Shown here one piece after another: positions 21,581-31,961 of a DNA stretch of 64,000 bases (positions are counted from its first letter, which is position 1; each line of letters starts with the position of its first letter). Location of the stretch: assembly GCA_964291285.2 (NCBI GenBank), contig OZ219787.1, positions 544,001 to 608,000 on the forward strand, read 5' to 3'. The position numbers were made by a program, and so were the translations under genes. The notes under the pieces were generated by a model, which worked only from the letters and a program-made list of their open reading frames with translations, did no database searches and was not told the DNA's origin. Source of the DNA: Alphaproteobacteria bacterium (GTDB lineage: Bacteria; Pseudomonadota; Alphaproteobacteria; Bin95).

Positions 21581-23203
21581 ATGAAGGCCGTCGAAGCGAT
21601 TTCGGAAATCCTGAAGCGCGAAGGCATCGAAACCATCATCGGCTACCCAGTGAACCATGTGCTCGAATATGCCGCGCATCTTGATATCCGCCCGATTATC
21701 GTTCGTCAGGAACGGGTCGGCCTGCACATGGCGGACGCGATCTCGCGACTGACCTCCGGCGGCACGATCGGCGTCTTCGCCATGCAGCACGGTCCCGGTT
21801 CGGAGAACGCCTATGGCGGCATCGCCCAGGCCTACGGCGAGTCGGTCCCGCTGCTGGTGATGCCGATGGGCTATCCGCGCCGGATTGCGCATATCCATCC
21901 GAACTTCAACTCGACCCAGGCGATGAAGCCCATCGCCAAATCGACGGAGCCGATCACCTCGGTCGGCGAAATCGCCAATGTGATGCGCCGCGCCTTCACC
22001 CGCCTGCGCAATGGGCGCGGCGGTCCGGTGGTGGTGGAAGTGCCCGCCGACCTCATGAATGAGGAGCTGGAGGGCGACCTTTCCTATGAGCCCGTGCTCT
22101 CGACGCGCAGCGGGCCGGACCCCGATGCCGTGGCAAAAGCCGCAGAGATGCTCATGGCGGCGGAGAGGCCGGTCCTCTATGCCGGCCAGGGCGTGCATTA
22201 CGCCAGGGCATGGCCGCAGCTGAAGGCGCTGGCGGAGCATCTGGCGATTCCGGTCTGCACCAGCCTCGAAGGCAAGAGCGCCTTCCCGGAGGACCATCCG
22301 CTCAGCCTCGGCACCGGCGGCCTCGCCATGCCGCGCCCGGTGCGCAGCTTCCTGGACGGGGCAGACCTGATCTTCGGCATCGGGTGCAGCTTCACCGAGA
22401 CCAATTTCGGCGTCTCCATGCCGAAGGGAAAAACCGTCATCCACGCCACGCTCGATCCGATGGACCTGAACAAGGACGTGCCGGCCGCTCTCGGCCTTGT
22501 GGGCGATGCGGAACTCACTCTCAATGCGCTGCTGGCGGCGCTCGAGGGAGAGCCGATACGCGATTCCGGTCCCGTTGCAGCGGAGATCGCGGCCGGCATG
22601 GAAAGCTGGCTCGCCGAATGGGCGGCGAAGCGGGAGAGCGACGAGGCGCCGCTCAATCCCTATCGTGTGCTTGCCGAACTGGAACGCGCGGTGGACAAGA
22701 AAAACGTCGTCATCACCCACGATGCCGGCAGCCCGCGCGACCAGCTCTCACCGTTCTGGAAGGCAACCGAACCGCTGTCCTATATCGGTTGGGGCAAGAC
22801 GACGCAGCTCGGCTACGGGCTCGGCCTCGCCATGGGCGCCAAGCTCGCCTGCCCGGAAAAGCTCTGCATCAATGTGTGGGGCGATGCCGCCATCGGCTTC
22901 ACGGGCATGGACTTCGAGACGGCCGTGCGCGAGCGCATCCCGATCCTCTCCATACTGCTGAACAACTTCTCGATGGCGATCGAGCTCAAGGTCATGCCGG
23001 TCTCGACGGAGAAGTTCCGCTCGACGGACATTTCCGGCGACTACGCCGCCATGGCCCGGGCCTTCGGCGCCTATGGGGAGCGGGTCACCGATCCGGGCGA
23101 AATCCAGGCCGCCATCGCCCGGGGTATCGCGGCGACCGAGGCAGGCCAGCCGGCCCTGCTGGAGTTCATCACCTGCAAGGAGGTCGAGGTCTCCCGGCAG
23201 TAG
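21581..23203 (+). CDS. Thiamine pyrophosphate-requiring enzyme (acetolactate synthase superfamily)
   Basis: VRQERVGLHMADA, HGPG and GDAAIGF..LLNN TPP-binding motif. Confidence 0.88.
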   Translation: MKAVEAISEILKREGIETIIGYPVNHVLEYAAHLDIRPIIVRQERVGLHMADAISRLTSGGTIGVFAMQHGPGSENAYGGIAQAYGESVPLLVMPMGYPRRIAHIHPNFNSTQAMKPIAKSTEPITSVGEIANVMRRAFTRLRNGRGGPVVVEVPADLMNEELEGDLSYEPVLSTRSGPDPDAVAKAAEMLMAAERPVLYAGQGVHYARAWPQLKALAEHLAIPVCTSLEGKSAFPEDHPLSLGTGGLAMPRPVRSFLDGADLIFGIGCSFTETNFGVSMPKGKTVIHATLDPMDLNKDVPAALGLVGDAELTLNALLAALEGEPIRDSGPVAAEIAAGMESWLAEWAAKRESDEAPLNPYRVLAELERAVDKKNVVITHDAGSPRDQLSPFWKATEPLSYIGWGKTTQLGYGLGLAMGAKLACPEKLCINVWGDAAIGFTGMDFETAVRERIPILSILLNNFSMAIELKVMPVSTEKFRSTDISGDYAAMARAFGAYGERVTDPGEIQAAIARGIAATEAGQPALLEFITCKEVEVSRQ

Positions 23204-23224
23204 GCAGGCGGCGACCCGCGCCGG

Positions 23225-24565
23225 TCAGCGCATCGTCACGAATTCTTCGGCGGCGGTCGGGTGGATGCCGACCGTCGCGTCGAACTGGGCCTTGGTCGCG
23301 CCCATCTTGATGGCGATGCCGAGGCCCTGCGCGATCTCCGGCGCGTCCGCGCCCACCATATGCGCGCCGAGAACGCGCCCGCTTTCCGGCTGGACCACGA
23401 GCTTCATCAGGGAGAACTCGTCGCGGCCGGTCAACGTGTGTTTCAGCGGGCGGAAGCGGCTCTTGTAGATGTCCACCTCGCCGCATTGTGCGCGCGCCTC
23501 GGCCTCGGTGAGGCCGGCGGTGCCGATGGGCGGCTGGCTGAACACGGCGGTGGGCACATTGGCGTGATCGGCCTGCCAGGGCCTGTTGCCGAACACCGTA
23601 TCGGAGAACGCGTGTCCCTCGCGTATCGCGACGGGTGTGAGTGCAAGCCGGTCGGTTACATCGCCGATAGCGTAGATGTTTCCGACCGAGCTCCGGGACC
23701 CCGCATCGACAACAACGGCCCCCTTGCGGTCCATCTCGACGCCTGCGGCTTCGAGGCCCAGCCCTGCCGTGTTCGGATTGCGGCCGGTTGCGAACATGAC
23801 AAGATCGGCTTCGACGGTCCTGCCCGTATCGGTTGCGACGCGGTAACCCTCGTTCGTCTTCTCGATGGCGGTCGGATTGGTCCGGTTGACGATCTCGACG
23901 CCGTCCGCCCGCATCTGCTCGCCGAGCTCGATGCGGATGTCGTCGTCGAAGCCGTTCAACAGATGCTCGGCCCGGATCATCTCGACGGTTTCGACGCCGA
24001 GGCCGTGAAAAATCCCGGCGAACTCGACCGCGATATAGCCGCCGCCAACGATCAGAATCCGGTCGGGCCGACTCGTCAATTCCAGCGCTTCGTTGGATGA
24101 AATAGCGTGCTCGATTCCCGGAATGCCGGGCATCCAGGGCCAGCCTCCGACCGCAATCAATACCTTGTCGGCGGTAACCCTGCGCCCGCCCAGCCGGATC
24201 GTATGCGCGTCCTCCAGCACGCCGCGTTCCTCTACCAATTCGACGCCCGCGCCCGAAAGCAGGGAAAGGTAAACGCCGTTCAGGCGGTCGATCTCCCGGT
24301 TCTTGTTGTCGATCAGGCGGGACCAGTCGAATTCGTTCGCGGCCGGCCCCCAGCCATAGGCGCAGGCATCCTCGAAATCGCGGGCGAAATGCGAGGCGTA
24401 AACCAGCAGCTTTTTCGGGATGCAGCCCCGGATGACGCACGTGCCGCCGACACGGCTCTGCTCGCAAATGCCCACCCGCGCGCCGTGCCCGGCCGCAATG
24501 CGCGCCGCGCGCACGCCGCCCGAGCCGGCCCCAATGACAAACAGGTCATAGTCGTAACGCGCCAT
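23225..24565 (-). CDS. gor: Glutathione-disulfide reductase
   Basis: GAGSGG, GGTCVIRGCIPKK, IHPTAAEEFVTMR motifs. Confidence 0.96.
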   Translation of the reverse strand: MARYDYDLFVIGAGSGGVRAARIAAGHGARVGICEQSRVGGTCVIRGCIPKKLLVYASHFARDFEDACAYGWGPAANEFDWSRLIDNKNREIDRLNGVYLSLLSGAGVELVEERGVLEDAHTIRLGGRRVTADKVLIAVGGWPWMPGIPGIEHAISSNEALELTSRPDRILIVGGGYIAVEFAGIFHGLGVETVEMIRAEHLLNGFDDDIRIELGEQMRADGVEIVNRTNPTAIEKTNEGYRVATDTGRTVEADLVMFATGRNPNTAGLGLEAAGVEMDRKGAVVVDAGSRSSVGNIYAIGDVTDRLALTPVAIREGHAFSDTVFGNRPWQADHANVPTAVFSQPPIGTAGLTEAEARAQCGEVDIYKSRFRPLKHTLTGRDEFSLMKLVVQPESGRVLGAHMVGADAPEIAQGLGIAIKMGATKAQFDATVGIHPTAAEEFVTMR

Positions 24566-24576
24566 CCGGCCTGGCC

Positions 24577-25248
24577 TCACTCCATGAAACGGGCGGAATT
24601 GCCCCTGCCGACAATCACATCGTCGGCCATGTCGATGAATAGCCCGTGCTCCACGACACCGGGCATCGTGTCGAGCTGCGCCGCAAGCGCGGACGCATCG
24701 GCGATGGCTCCGAAACGGCAATCCAGGATGCTGTTGCCTTCATCGGTGACGAAAGGCCGCCCGACCCCGCCGCGCAGTTCCACGCAAGCGCCGAGTTCCA
24801 GCATCCGCCGCCGCACCTGCTCGCGGGCGAACGGCACCACTTCCACAGGCAGCGCGAAGGCGCCAAGCCGCGCTACCGTCTTCCCGGAATCAACGATAAT
24901 CACAAAGCGGTCAGCCGCGCTCGCGACGATCTTCTCTCGCAGCAGCGCGCCGCCGCCGCCCTTGATGCAACGCTTCTGCAGGTCCACTTCGTCCGCGCCG
25001 TCTACGGCCAGATGGACGCGCTCTACCTCGTTGAGACCGGCGAGCGGAATGCCTTCCGTCCGCGCGAGCGCCGCGCTGACTTCGGACGTCGGCACGCCGC
25101 GCACCGCCAGCCCTTCCCGGACCCGCCGGCCCAGCAGGCGGATTGCATGAGCGGCGGTGCTGCCGGTTCCGAGCCCGACCGTCATGCCGGCGTGCACCAG
25201 ATCGACGGCGCGGGCCGCTGCCAGCCGTTTCTCCTCTTCCGCACTCAA
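24577..25248 (-). CDS. rpiA: Ribose-5-phosphate isomerase A
   Basis: GLGTGST, DGADEVD, IKGGGGALLREK motifs. Confidence 0.97.
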   Translation of the reverse strand: MSAEEEKRLAAARAVDLVHAGMTVGLGTGSTAAHAIRLLGRRVREGLAVRGVPTSEVSAALARTEGIPLAGLNEVERVHLAVDGADEVDLQKRCIKGGGGALLREKIVASAADRFVIIVDSGKTVARLGAFALPVEVVPFAREQVRRRMLELGACVELRGGVGRPFVTDEGNSILDCRFGAIADASALAAQLDTMPGVVEHGLFIDMADDVIVGRGNSARFME

Positions 25249-25251
25249 GGC

Positions 25252-26703
25252 TCAGCCGACGGCCATGCACAGATATTTGACTTCCAGGTAGTCCTCGATG
25301 CCGTAATGCGAGCCCTCGCGCCCAATGCCCGATTCCTTGACGCCGCCGAAAGGCGCCTCGGCCGTCGAGATGATCCCGGTGTTGACGCCGACAATGCCGT
25401 ATTCCAGGCCCTCGGAAACACGCCATGCCGTGCCGAGGTCGCGGGTGTAGAAATAGGCCGCCAGGCCGAACTCGGTGTCGTTGGCCATGGCTATCGCCTC
25501 TTCCTCTTCCTCGAACCGGAAGAGCGGTGCCAGCGGCCCGAAAGTCTCCTCGCGCGCGACTTTCATGCCGGGCGTCACATCCGCCAGCACGGTCGGCTTG
25601 AAATAGGTGCCGCCGAGCTCGTGCCGGCCGCCACCGACCACGACCCGCGCACCCTTGGCGAGCGCGTCCTCGATATGCTCCTCGACCTTCTCGACCGCGC
25701 TCATGTCGATCAGCGGCCCCTGCACCACGCCCTCCTGCATCCCGTTGCCGACGGACATGCCGGAAACCGCCTGGCTCAGCCTCGCCGCGAAATCCTCATA
25801 GACGCCCGACTGGACGAGGAGCCGGTTCGCGCAAACGCAGGTCTGGCCCATATTGCGGTATTTGGAGGCGATGGCGCCTTCCACCGCCGCATCCAAGTCG
25901 GCGTCGTTGAAGACGATGAAGGGGGCGTTGCCGCCGAGTTCCAGCGAAATCTTCTTGATGGTGCTCGCGCATTGCGCCATCAGCACCTTGCCGATCTCGG
26001 TCGAGCCGGTGAAGGAAAGCTTGCGCACGATCGGGCTTGTCGTCATCTCGGCGCCAATGGCCCCCGATGCGCCGGTAACGACGCTGAAAACGCCCTTCGG
26101 AATACCGGCCCGTTCGCCGAGTTCGGCAAGCGCCAATGCCGAGAATGGCGTCGCCGAGGCCGGCTTCAACACCATCGGACAGCCGGCGGCAAGCGCAGGA
26201 CCGGCCTTGCGGGTAATCATCGCATTCGGGAAGTTCCACGGCGTGATTGCCGCACAGACGCCAACGGGCTGCTTGATCGCCAGAATGCGCTTGTCCGGCT
26301 GGTGCTGCGGGATGGTGTCGCCGTAAACGCGCCGGCCTTCCTCGGCAAACCAGTCGATAAAGGAGGCGCCGTAAACGATCTCGCCCCGCGACTCGGCGAG
26401 CGGCTTGCCCTGCTCGGCGGTCATGAGCACGGCCAGGTCTTCCTGGTTCTCCATCATCAGGTCGTGCCAGCGGCGCAGGATGGCGGTCCGCTCCTTCGCG
26501 GTCTTCGCCCGCCATGCTGGCCAGGCGCGCTCCGCAGCCTCGATGGCGCGCCGGGTCTCCACCGCGCCCATTTTCGGCACCCTGCCCAGCTCCTCGCCCG
26601 TGGCCGGGTTCGTGACCGGAACGGTGTCGCCGCTGTCGGCATCGCACCAAGCGCCGTCGATATAGCACTGCTGACGCAGCAGGGACGGGTCTTTGAGCTT
26701 CAT
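25252..26703 (-). CDS. gabD: NAD(P)-dependent succinate-semialdehyde dehydrogenase
   Basis: ITPWNFP, FTGST, LELGGNAP, GQTCVCANR, EETFGP motifs. Confidence 0.93.
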   Translation of the reverse strand: MKLKDPSLLRQQCYIDGAWCDADSGDTVPVTNPATGEELGRVPKMGAVETRRAIEAAERAWPAWRAKTAKERTAILRRWHDLMMENQEDLAVLMTAEQGKPLAESRGEIVYGASFIDWFAEEGRRVYGDTIPQHQPDKRILAIKQPVGVCAAITPWNFPNAMITRKAGPALAAGCPMVLKPASATPFSALALAELGERAGIPKGVFSVVTGASGAIGAEMTTSPIVRKLSFTGSTEIGKVLMAQCASTIKKISLELGGNAPFIVFNDADLDAAVEGAIASKYRNMGQTCVCANRLLVQSGVYEDFAARLSQAVSGMSVGNGMQEGVVQGPLIDMSAVEKVEEHIEDALAKGARVVVGGGRHELGGTYFKPTVLADVTPGMKVAREETFGPLAPLFRFEEEEEAIAMANDTEFGLAAYFYTRDLGTAWRVSEGLEYGIVGVNTGIISTAEAPFGGVKESGIGREGSHYGIEDYLEVKYLCMAVG

Positions 26704-26755
26704 GGCAAACCTTTCTGCCCCGGCGGATTGCCGGCGGCCGGGCGACAGGGTGCGG

Positions 26756-27478
26756 CTAGGGTTCGAGCGGCGCCCACTGGGCGTCCACCAGTTGCTCCAC
26801 TGCCGGGAAACGGTGCTTGTAGTCCATCGTGCCGCTGCCCGAAATCCAGTATCCTAGATAAACGACATCCAGCTCCATCGCCCGGGCAATGTCTATCAGG
26901 CGCAGGATCATATGGGTGCCGAGGCTGCGGCGCGCCTCGTCGGTATCGAAAAAGCTGTAAACCGCGGAAAGGCCGTCCTCCAGCCAGTCGGCCAGGCACG
27001 CGGCAAGCAAACGGCCGGCCTCGTCCCGGATTTCCAGAATGAAGCTGGAAACGGGCGTCTCCTCCACCATGCAGCGAAAATCGGCAAAGGTCATCGCCGC
27101 CATCTTGCTGGCCGCGTGCCGGTCCTCCTGGTAGCGGCGGAAGAGCGAGTACTGTTCGGCCGTGCCGATTGCGGGCTGCAGGCTGTCCCGGAGGTCGCGG
27201 TTCCGCCGGCGAACCCGGCGGAGCGAGCGCGTGTCCCGATAATCGGAAACGGCGATGCGAACCGGCACGCAAGCGGAGCAGCTCTTGCAGGCAGGGCGGT
27301 AGGCATAGCCGTAGCTTCGACGGAAACCGGCGCGCGAAAGATCGGTGTAAAGGGAACCGGCCTCGGGGTCCGCGAGCTCGATAACCAGCTTGCATTCGAG
27401 CTGTTCCGGCAAATAGGGACAGGCGCCCGGCGTGGTGGCGTGAAAGAGTTTCGGGCGTCTGGCCTTGCCGAGGTCCAT
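26756..27478 (-). CDS. bpt: Bacterial ATE-family aminoacyl-tRNA-protein transferase (Bpt-like)
   Basis: CPYLP, GFRRS..YRPACKSCSACVPVRI, GLSAVYSFFD, YLGYWI..MDYK motifs. Confidence 0.88.
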   Translation of the reverse strand: MDLGKARRPKLFHATTPGACPYLPEQLECKLVIELADPEAGSLYTDLSRAGFRRSYGYAYRPACKSCSACVPVRIAVSDYRDTRSLRRVRRRNRDLRDSLQPAIGTAEQYSLFRRYQEDRHAASKMAAMTFADFRCMVEETPVSSFILEIRDEAGRLLAACLADWLEDGLSAVYSFFDTDEARRSLGTHMILRLIDIARAMELDVVYLGYWISGSGTMDYKHRFPAVEQLVDAQWAPLEP

Positions 27479-27582
27479 GAGCGGTTCCGACGAACTGCGT
27501 TGGCTGAAATATAAACCGCTGCAGCGCCGGGACAACCGGTTATACTTGCAGAGTTGTCCCACCAGCGAGACAGGTTGCCGCG

Positions 27583-28239
27583 ATGTTTTTCAGCCTGATG
27601 AAGAAGGTCCAGGTGGTCACCCCGGACCGGGCGCTGCCGGATCGCGACCGTGTCATGCCGGTGCCCCCCCAGCATTTCGTCAATGGCGTCACCATGACGC
27701 CGCCCTTCCCGGAAGGCATGGAGCGGGCGCTTTTCGGGCTCGGCTGCTTCTGGGGCGCCGAGCGCAAGTTCTGGGAAACGCCCGGCGTGTGGACCACTGC
27801 CGTCGGCTATGCGGGCGGCTACACGGCCAATCCGACCTATGAGGATGTCTGCACCGGCCGCACCGGGCACAATGAAGTCGTCCTGGTCGTGTTCGACCCG
27901 GCGCGCGTTTCCTATGGTGTGCTGCTCAAGGTCTTCTGGGAGACGCACGACCCGACCCAGGGCATGCGCCAGGGCAACGATATCGGCACGCAATACCGCT
28001 CCGGCATCTATACCTACAGCGAGGCGCAGCGGCAGATGGCAGAAGCGTCCAAAGCCCGCTTCGCCGAGGCGCTGAGGCAGGCGGGCTACGGCGCCATCAC
28101 CACCGAAATCGTGGATGCGCCGCCCTTCTACTACGCCGAGGATATCCACCAGCAATATCTGGCCAAGGTGCCATACGGATATTGCGGGCTCGGAGGCACC
28201 GGCGTCTCTTGTCCGGTCGGCGTGGCGGCGGCGGAATAG
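27583..28239 (+). CDS. msrA: Peptide methionine sulfoxide reductase MsrA
   Basis: [37 protein letters not shown] motifs. Confidence 0.98.
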   Translation: MFFSLMKKVQVVTPDRALPDRDRVMPVPPQHFVNGVTMTPPFPEGMERALFGLGCFWGAERKFWETPGVWTTAVGYAGGYTANPTYEDVCTGRTGHNEVVLVVFDPARVSYGVLLKVFWETHDPTQGMRQGNDIGTQYRSGIYTYSEAQRQMAEASKARFAEALRQAGYGAITTEIVDAPPFYYAEDIHQQYLAKVPYGYCGLGGTGVSCPVGVAAAE

Positions 28240-28251
28240 GCGCGCAGGTCG

Positions 28252-29121
28252 TCAGCCCATCGCCTTTCTGAAGCGCCGGAGCGCCTCCAGGTGCTCCGCG
28301 GGCGTATCCAGGCCGGAATACATCGTGCGCACGGTGACATGGCTGACGCCCAGCGTTTCCCAGCGCGAAAGCTCGCCTGCCGCGTCTTCCGGCGTCCGCT
28401 CGCCGATATGGATCGTCCCGTCGATGCCGAGCGCGGCAGGATCGCGCCCGGCTTTTTCGGCTGCGCCCCGCGCCAGCGCAATCTGGCGAGCCATCTCGTT
28501 GCCGGGCGGCACCCGCGGATTGGCGAACCAGCCGTCGCCGAGACGCCCGGCGCGTTCGATCGCCGGGTCCTGGAACGCCCCGATCCAGACCGGAATCGGG
28601 CGCTGAGTCGGCAGCGGATTGATGCCGGCGTCCCGGTGCTCGTGCCATTCGCCGGAGAAGCTGCCGGAGGGCTCGGTCCAGAGCTGGCGCAGGCACGCAA
28701 TCTGTTCCTCCATCCGCCGGGCGCGGTTGCGGAAGGACTGTCCCAGGACCTCGAATTCCATGGCGTTCCAGCCGATGCCGACGCCGAGGCGCAGACGGCC
28801 GCCGGACAGGAGGTCTATTTCCGCCGCCTGCTTGGCGACCAGGGCCGTTTGCCGCTGCGGGAGGATGAGAATCGCGGTTGCAAGCTCGAGCCGTTCGGTC
28901 GCGCAGGCCAAGAAACCGAACAGGGTCAAGGGCTCGTGGAACATGTTGTCGAGCGTGTAATAGGCCCGCCAGTCCTCCGCGCCGTTGGAGACCTCCTGCA
29001 TCACATGGTCGATGCAGGTGAGATGGTCGTAGCCGAGCGCCTCCACCTCCTGCGCGAACCCGCGGATAGCTCCCGGGTCCGTCCCGATTTCCGTCGTCGG
29101 AAATGCCACGCCGATCTTCAT
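28252..29121 (-). CDS. LLM-class (luciferase-like, probably F420-type) oxidoreductase
   Basis: DHV, ILILPQRQTALVAKQAAEIDLLSGGRLRLGVGIGWN..EF motif. Confidence 0.85.
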   Translation of the reverse strand: MKIGVAFPTTEIGTDPGAIRGFAQEVEALGYDHLTCIDHVMQEVSNGAEDWRAYYTLDNMFHEPLTLFGFLACATERLELATAILILPQRQTALVAKQAAEIDLLSGGRLRLGVGIGWNAMEFEVLGQSFRNRARRMEEQIACLRQLWTEPSGSFSGEWHEHRDAGINPLPTQRPIPVWIGAFQDPAIERAGRLGDGWFANPRVPPGNEMARQIALARGAAEKAGRDPAALGIDGTIHIGERTPEDAAGELSRWETLGVSHVTVRTMYSGLDTPAEHLEALRRFRKAMG

Positions 29122-29138
29122 GCCGTTTTCCCTCTCCC

Positions 29139-29603
29139 CTACCCAATCTGCCGTTCGGCGCGCGGCTCCGTCCCGTCGCCGTGGAGCTTGTGCGCCCGTG
29201 CCTCAAAGGCGAGCGCCATCCGCTTCGCAGCCTCGTGGAAGAAGCGGCTCGCCAAGCCCCGCAGCAGCGCCGAACGGAAGTCACAGTCGATGCTGAAATC
29301 TATCGTGGTCCCGCCCTCGGCGGGCATGAAGCGCCAATGCGTCGCCATGTGCGAAAGGGGCCCGTGCGCATAGGCGACGTCGATGCGTTCCGGCGGCGTC
29401 AGCGAGACGCGGGAGGTGAAGCTCTCGCGAAAGGGCCCGAAGCGCACCCGGAGGTCGGCGACGACAAGCGCGCCCTCCCGCCGGCGGATGCGCGCCCCGG
29501 CGCACCAGGGAATGAACTCGGGATAACGCCCGATATCCGCGACAAGGGCGAACATCTGATCCGGCGAATAGGGCACGAACCGCTGTTCGCGGTGGCTCGG
29601 CAT
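29139..29603 (-). CDS. RatA/COQ10 START-domain protein
   Basis: LVADIGRYPEFIPWC, FTSRV and AFEARA motifs; downstream of lipA. Confidence 0.9.
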   Translation of the reverse strand: MPSHREQRFVPYSPDQMFALVADIGRYPEFIPWCAGARIRRREGALVVADLRVRFGPFRESFTSRVSLTPPERIDVAYAHGPLSHMATHWRFMPAEGGTTIDFSIDCDFRSALLRGLASRFFHEAAKRMALAFEARAHKLHGDGTEPRAERQIG

Positions 29604-30574
29604 CAGCCGCGCGCGGCCTTCAGCTTCGCGAAATCGCTGTCGGCATGGTAGGAGGACCGCGTCAAAGGCGACGCCGAAACCAGCAGAAAGCCTTTCGCCT
29701 TCGCCATCGTCGTATAGGCCTCGAACTCCTCGGGCGTCACGAAGCGGTCCACCCGGTGGTGCTTCGGCGTCGGCTGGAGATACTGGCCGATGGTAAGGAA
29801 ATCGACATCGGCGCAGCGCAGGTCGTCCATCACCTGCGCAACCTGTTCGCGGGTTTCGCCGAGGCCGACCATCATTCCGGACTTTGTGAACAGGGTGGGG
29901 TCCAGCTCCTTGGCGCGCTCCAGCAGCCGGACGCTGTGATAGTAGCGCGCGCCCGGCCTGACGGCGCTGTAGAGGCCCGGCACAGTTTCGAGATTGTGGT
30001 TGAAGACATCCGGCTTCGCCGCGACCACGGTCTCCAGCGCGCCCGGCTTCCTGAGGAAATCGGGCGTGAGCAGCTCCACGGTCGTGCCGGACGCATAGGT
30101 GCGGATCCACCCGACCGTCTCGGCGAAATGAGCGGCGCCGCCATCATCAAGGTCGTCGCGGTCCACGGAGGTGATGACCACATGCGCGAGGCCGAGCTTC
30201 GCCACCGCCTTGCCCACATTCTCGGGCTCGCCTCGGTCGAGCGCGCCGGGCCTGCCGGTCGCGACATTGCAGAAGGCACAGGCGCGGGTGCAGATCTCGC
30301 CCATGATCATCATGGTCGCGTGGCGCTCGGCCCAGCACTCGCCGATATTCGGGCAGCCGGCTTCCTCGCAGACCGTCACGAGACCGTGTTCGCGCACGAT
30401 GCGGCGCGTTTCGGCAAAGGCCTTCGAGGTCGGCGCCCTGACGCGAATCCAGGGCGGCTTGCGCGGGCTCGGATTGTCCGGGCGCAGGCGCTTTTCCGGA
30501 TGCCGGAAGGGCCGCCCGGCGCCGCCGGTCCCCGAGCGGGCCTCCCGCCGGTCAGAAATGGATGGCGCGTCCAT
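29603..30574 (-). CDS. lipA: Lipoyl synthase
   Basis: [28 protein letters not shown] motifs. Confidence 0.98.
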   Translation of the reverse strand: MDAPSISDRREARSGTGGAGRPFRHPEKRLRPDNPSPRKPPWIRVRAPTSKAFAETRRIVREHGLVTVCEEAGCPNIGECWAERHATMMIMGEICTRACAFCNVATGRPGALDRGEPENVGKAVAKLGLAHVVITSVDRDDLDDGGAAHFAETVGWIRTYASGTTVELLTPDFLRKPGALETVVAAKPDVFNHNLETVPGLYSAVRPGARYYHSVRLLERAKELDPTLFTKSGMMVGLGETREQVAQVMDDLRCADVDFLTIGQYLQPTPKHHRVDRFVTPEEFEAYTTMAKAKGFLLVSASPLTRSSYHADSDFAKLKAARG

Positions 30575-31943
30575 AAGCGTCCAGCACCGATTCGTGCATC
30601 GCCTCGGAAAGGGTCGGATGGGGAAAGACGGTATGCATCAGTTCCGCTTCCGTCGCCTCCAGATTGCGGGCGATGGCATATCCCTGGATGAGTTCCGTCA
30701 CCTCGGCGCCGATCATATGCGCCCCCAGCAACTCGCCCGTCGCCGCGTCGAACACGGTCTTGATGAGGCCCTCGGGCTCACCGAGCGCAATCGCCTTGCC
30801 GTTGCCGACATAGGGGAACCGCCCGACGCGGACCTCGTAACCGGCTTCCTTCGCAGCCGGCTCAGTATAGCCGATGCTGGCAACCTGCGGGCGGCAATAG
30901 GTGCAGCCCGGAATCGCGCCCTTGTCGAGCGGATGTAGCCCCTCCAGCCCGGCGATCTTCTCGACGCAGAGCACGCCCTCATGGCTGGCCTTGTGGGCGA
31001 GCCAGGGCGGGCCCACAAGGTCGCCGATGGCATAGACGCCGGGCTCACCGGTCCGCAGCCATTCATCGACGACAACATGGCCGGCCTCCACCCGGACACC
31101 CGTGCCTTCCAGGCCGAGGTCCTCGACATTGCCCGTTATGCCTACCGCCAGAATCGTCCTCTCGGCGTTCACGGTCACGGTTTCGCCCTCGGCGGTCCGC
31201 ACCTGGGCCGTGCCGTCCGAGAGCTCCATCACCTGCGCGCCCGTCATCAGGGTCATCCCCTGCTTGTGGAACGCCTTCAGCGCGAACTCGGAAATCTCCG
31301 GGTCTTCCACCGGAAGGATGCGGTCCACCAGCTCCACGACCGTCACCGGCACGCCCAGATTGCGGTAGAAGCTCGCGAACTCGATACCGATGGCGCCCGA
31401 GCCGACCACCAGCAGGCTCTCCGGCACAGCGTCGGGCACCATCGCCTCCTTGTAGCTCCAGACCGTCCTGCCGTCCGGCTCCAGGTTCGGCAGGGACCGC
31501 GCGCGCGCGCCGGCCGCAAGGATGATGTGGGGTGCAGCAAGCGCATCGACCTCCTGCCCGTCCTTCCCGACGGCGACGCGCCCGCTGCCCGCCAGCCGGC
31601 CCGCGCCGTCGATGACGGTCACCTTGTTCTTCCTCAGCAGGTGGGCGACGCCGCGCGACAACTGCCCGGCGACCTTCCGGGAGCGCTTCACGATCCGGCC
31701 GAGGTCGAAGGAAACATCGTCCGCGCTGAAGCCGTAGTCGCCGAGATTGTGCAGCAGGTGGTTGATCTCGGAGCTGCGCAGGAGGGCCTTGGTCGGGATG
31801 CAACCCCAATTGAGGCAGATACCGCCCAGATGCTCGCGCTCGACCAGCGCCGCGTTCATGCCGAGCTGCGCGGCGCGAATCGCCGCGACATAGCCGCCCG
31901 GTCCGCCGCCGACGACGACGAGATCGAATTGTTTGTCGGCCAT
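30552..31943 (-). CDS. lpdA: Dihydrolipoyl dehydrogenase (E3)
   Basis: [25 protein letters not shown] motifs. Confidence 0.97.
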   Translation of the reverse strand: MADKQFDLVVVGGGPGGYVAAIRAAQLGMNAALVEREHLGGICLNWGCIPTKALLRSSEINHLLHNLGDYGFSADDVSFDLGRIVKRSRKVAGQLSRGVAHLLRKNKVTVIDGAGRLAGSGRVAVGKDGQEVDALAAPHIILAAGARARSLPNLEPDGRTVWSYKEAMVPDAVPESLLVVGSGAIGIEFASFYRNLGVPVTVVELVDRILPVEDPEISEFALKAFHKQGMTLMTGAQVMELSDGTAQVRTAEGETVTVNAERTILAVGITGNVEDLGLEGTGVRVEAGHVVVDEWLRTGEPGVYAIGDLVGPPWLAHKASHEGVLCVEKIAGLEGLHPLDKGAIPGCTYCRPQVASIGYTEPAAKEAGYEVRVGRFPYVGNGKAIALGEPEGLIKTVFDAATGELLGAHMIGAEVTELIQGYAIARNLEATEAELMHTVFPHPTLSEAMHESVLDAYGRAIHF

Positions 31944-31961
31944 TGCCTTACTCCGGGCGGG

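Noticed and set aside
29139-29603. RatA as a fourth toxin-antitoxin toxin
   Set aside because: A START/COQ10 protein downstream of lipA is a conserved housekeeping arrangement linked to ubiquinone function, and no antitoxin partner is present.
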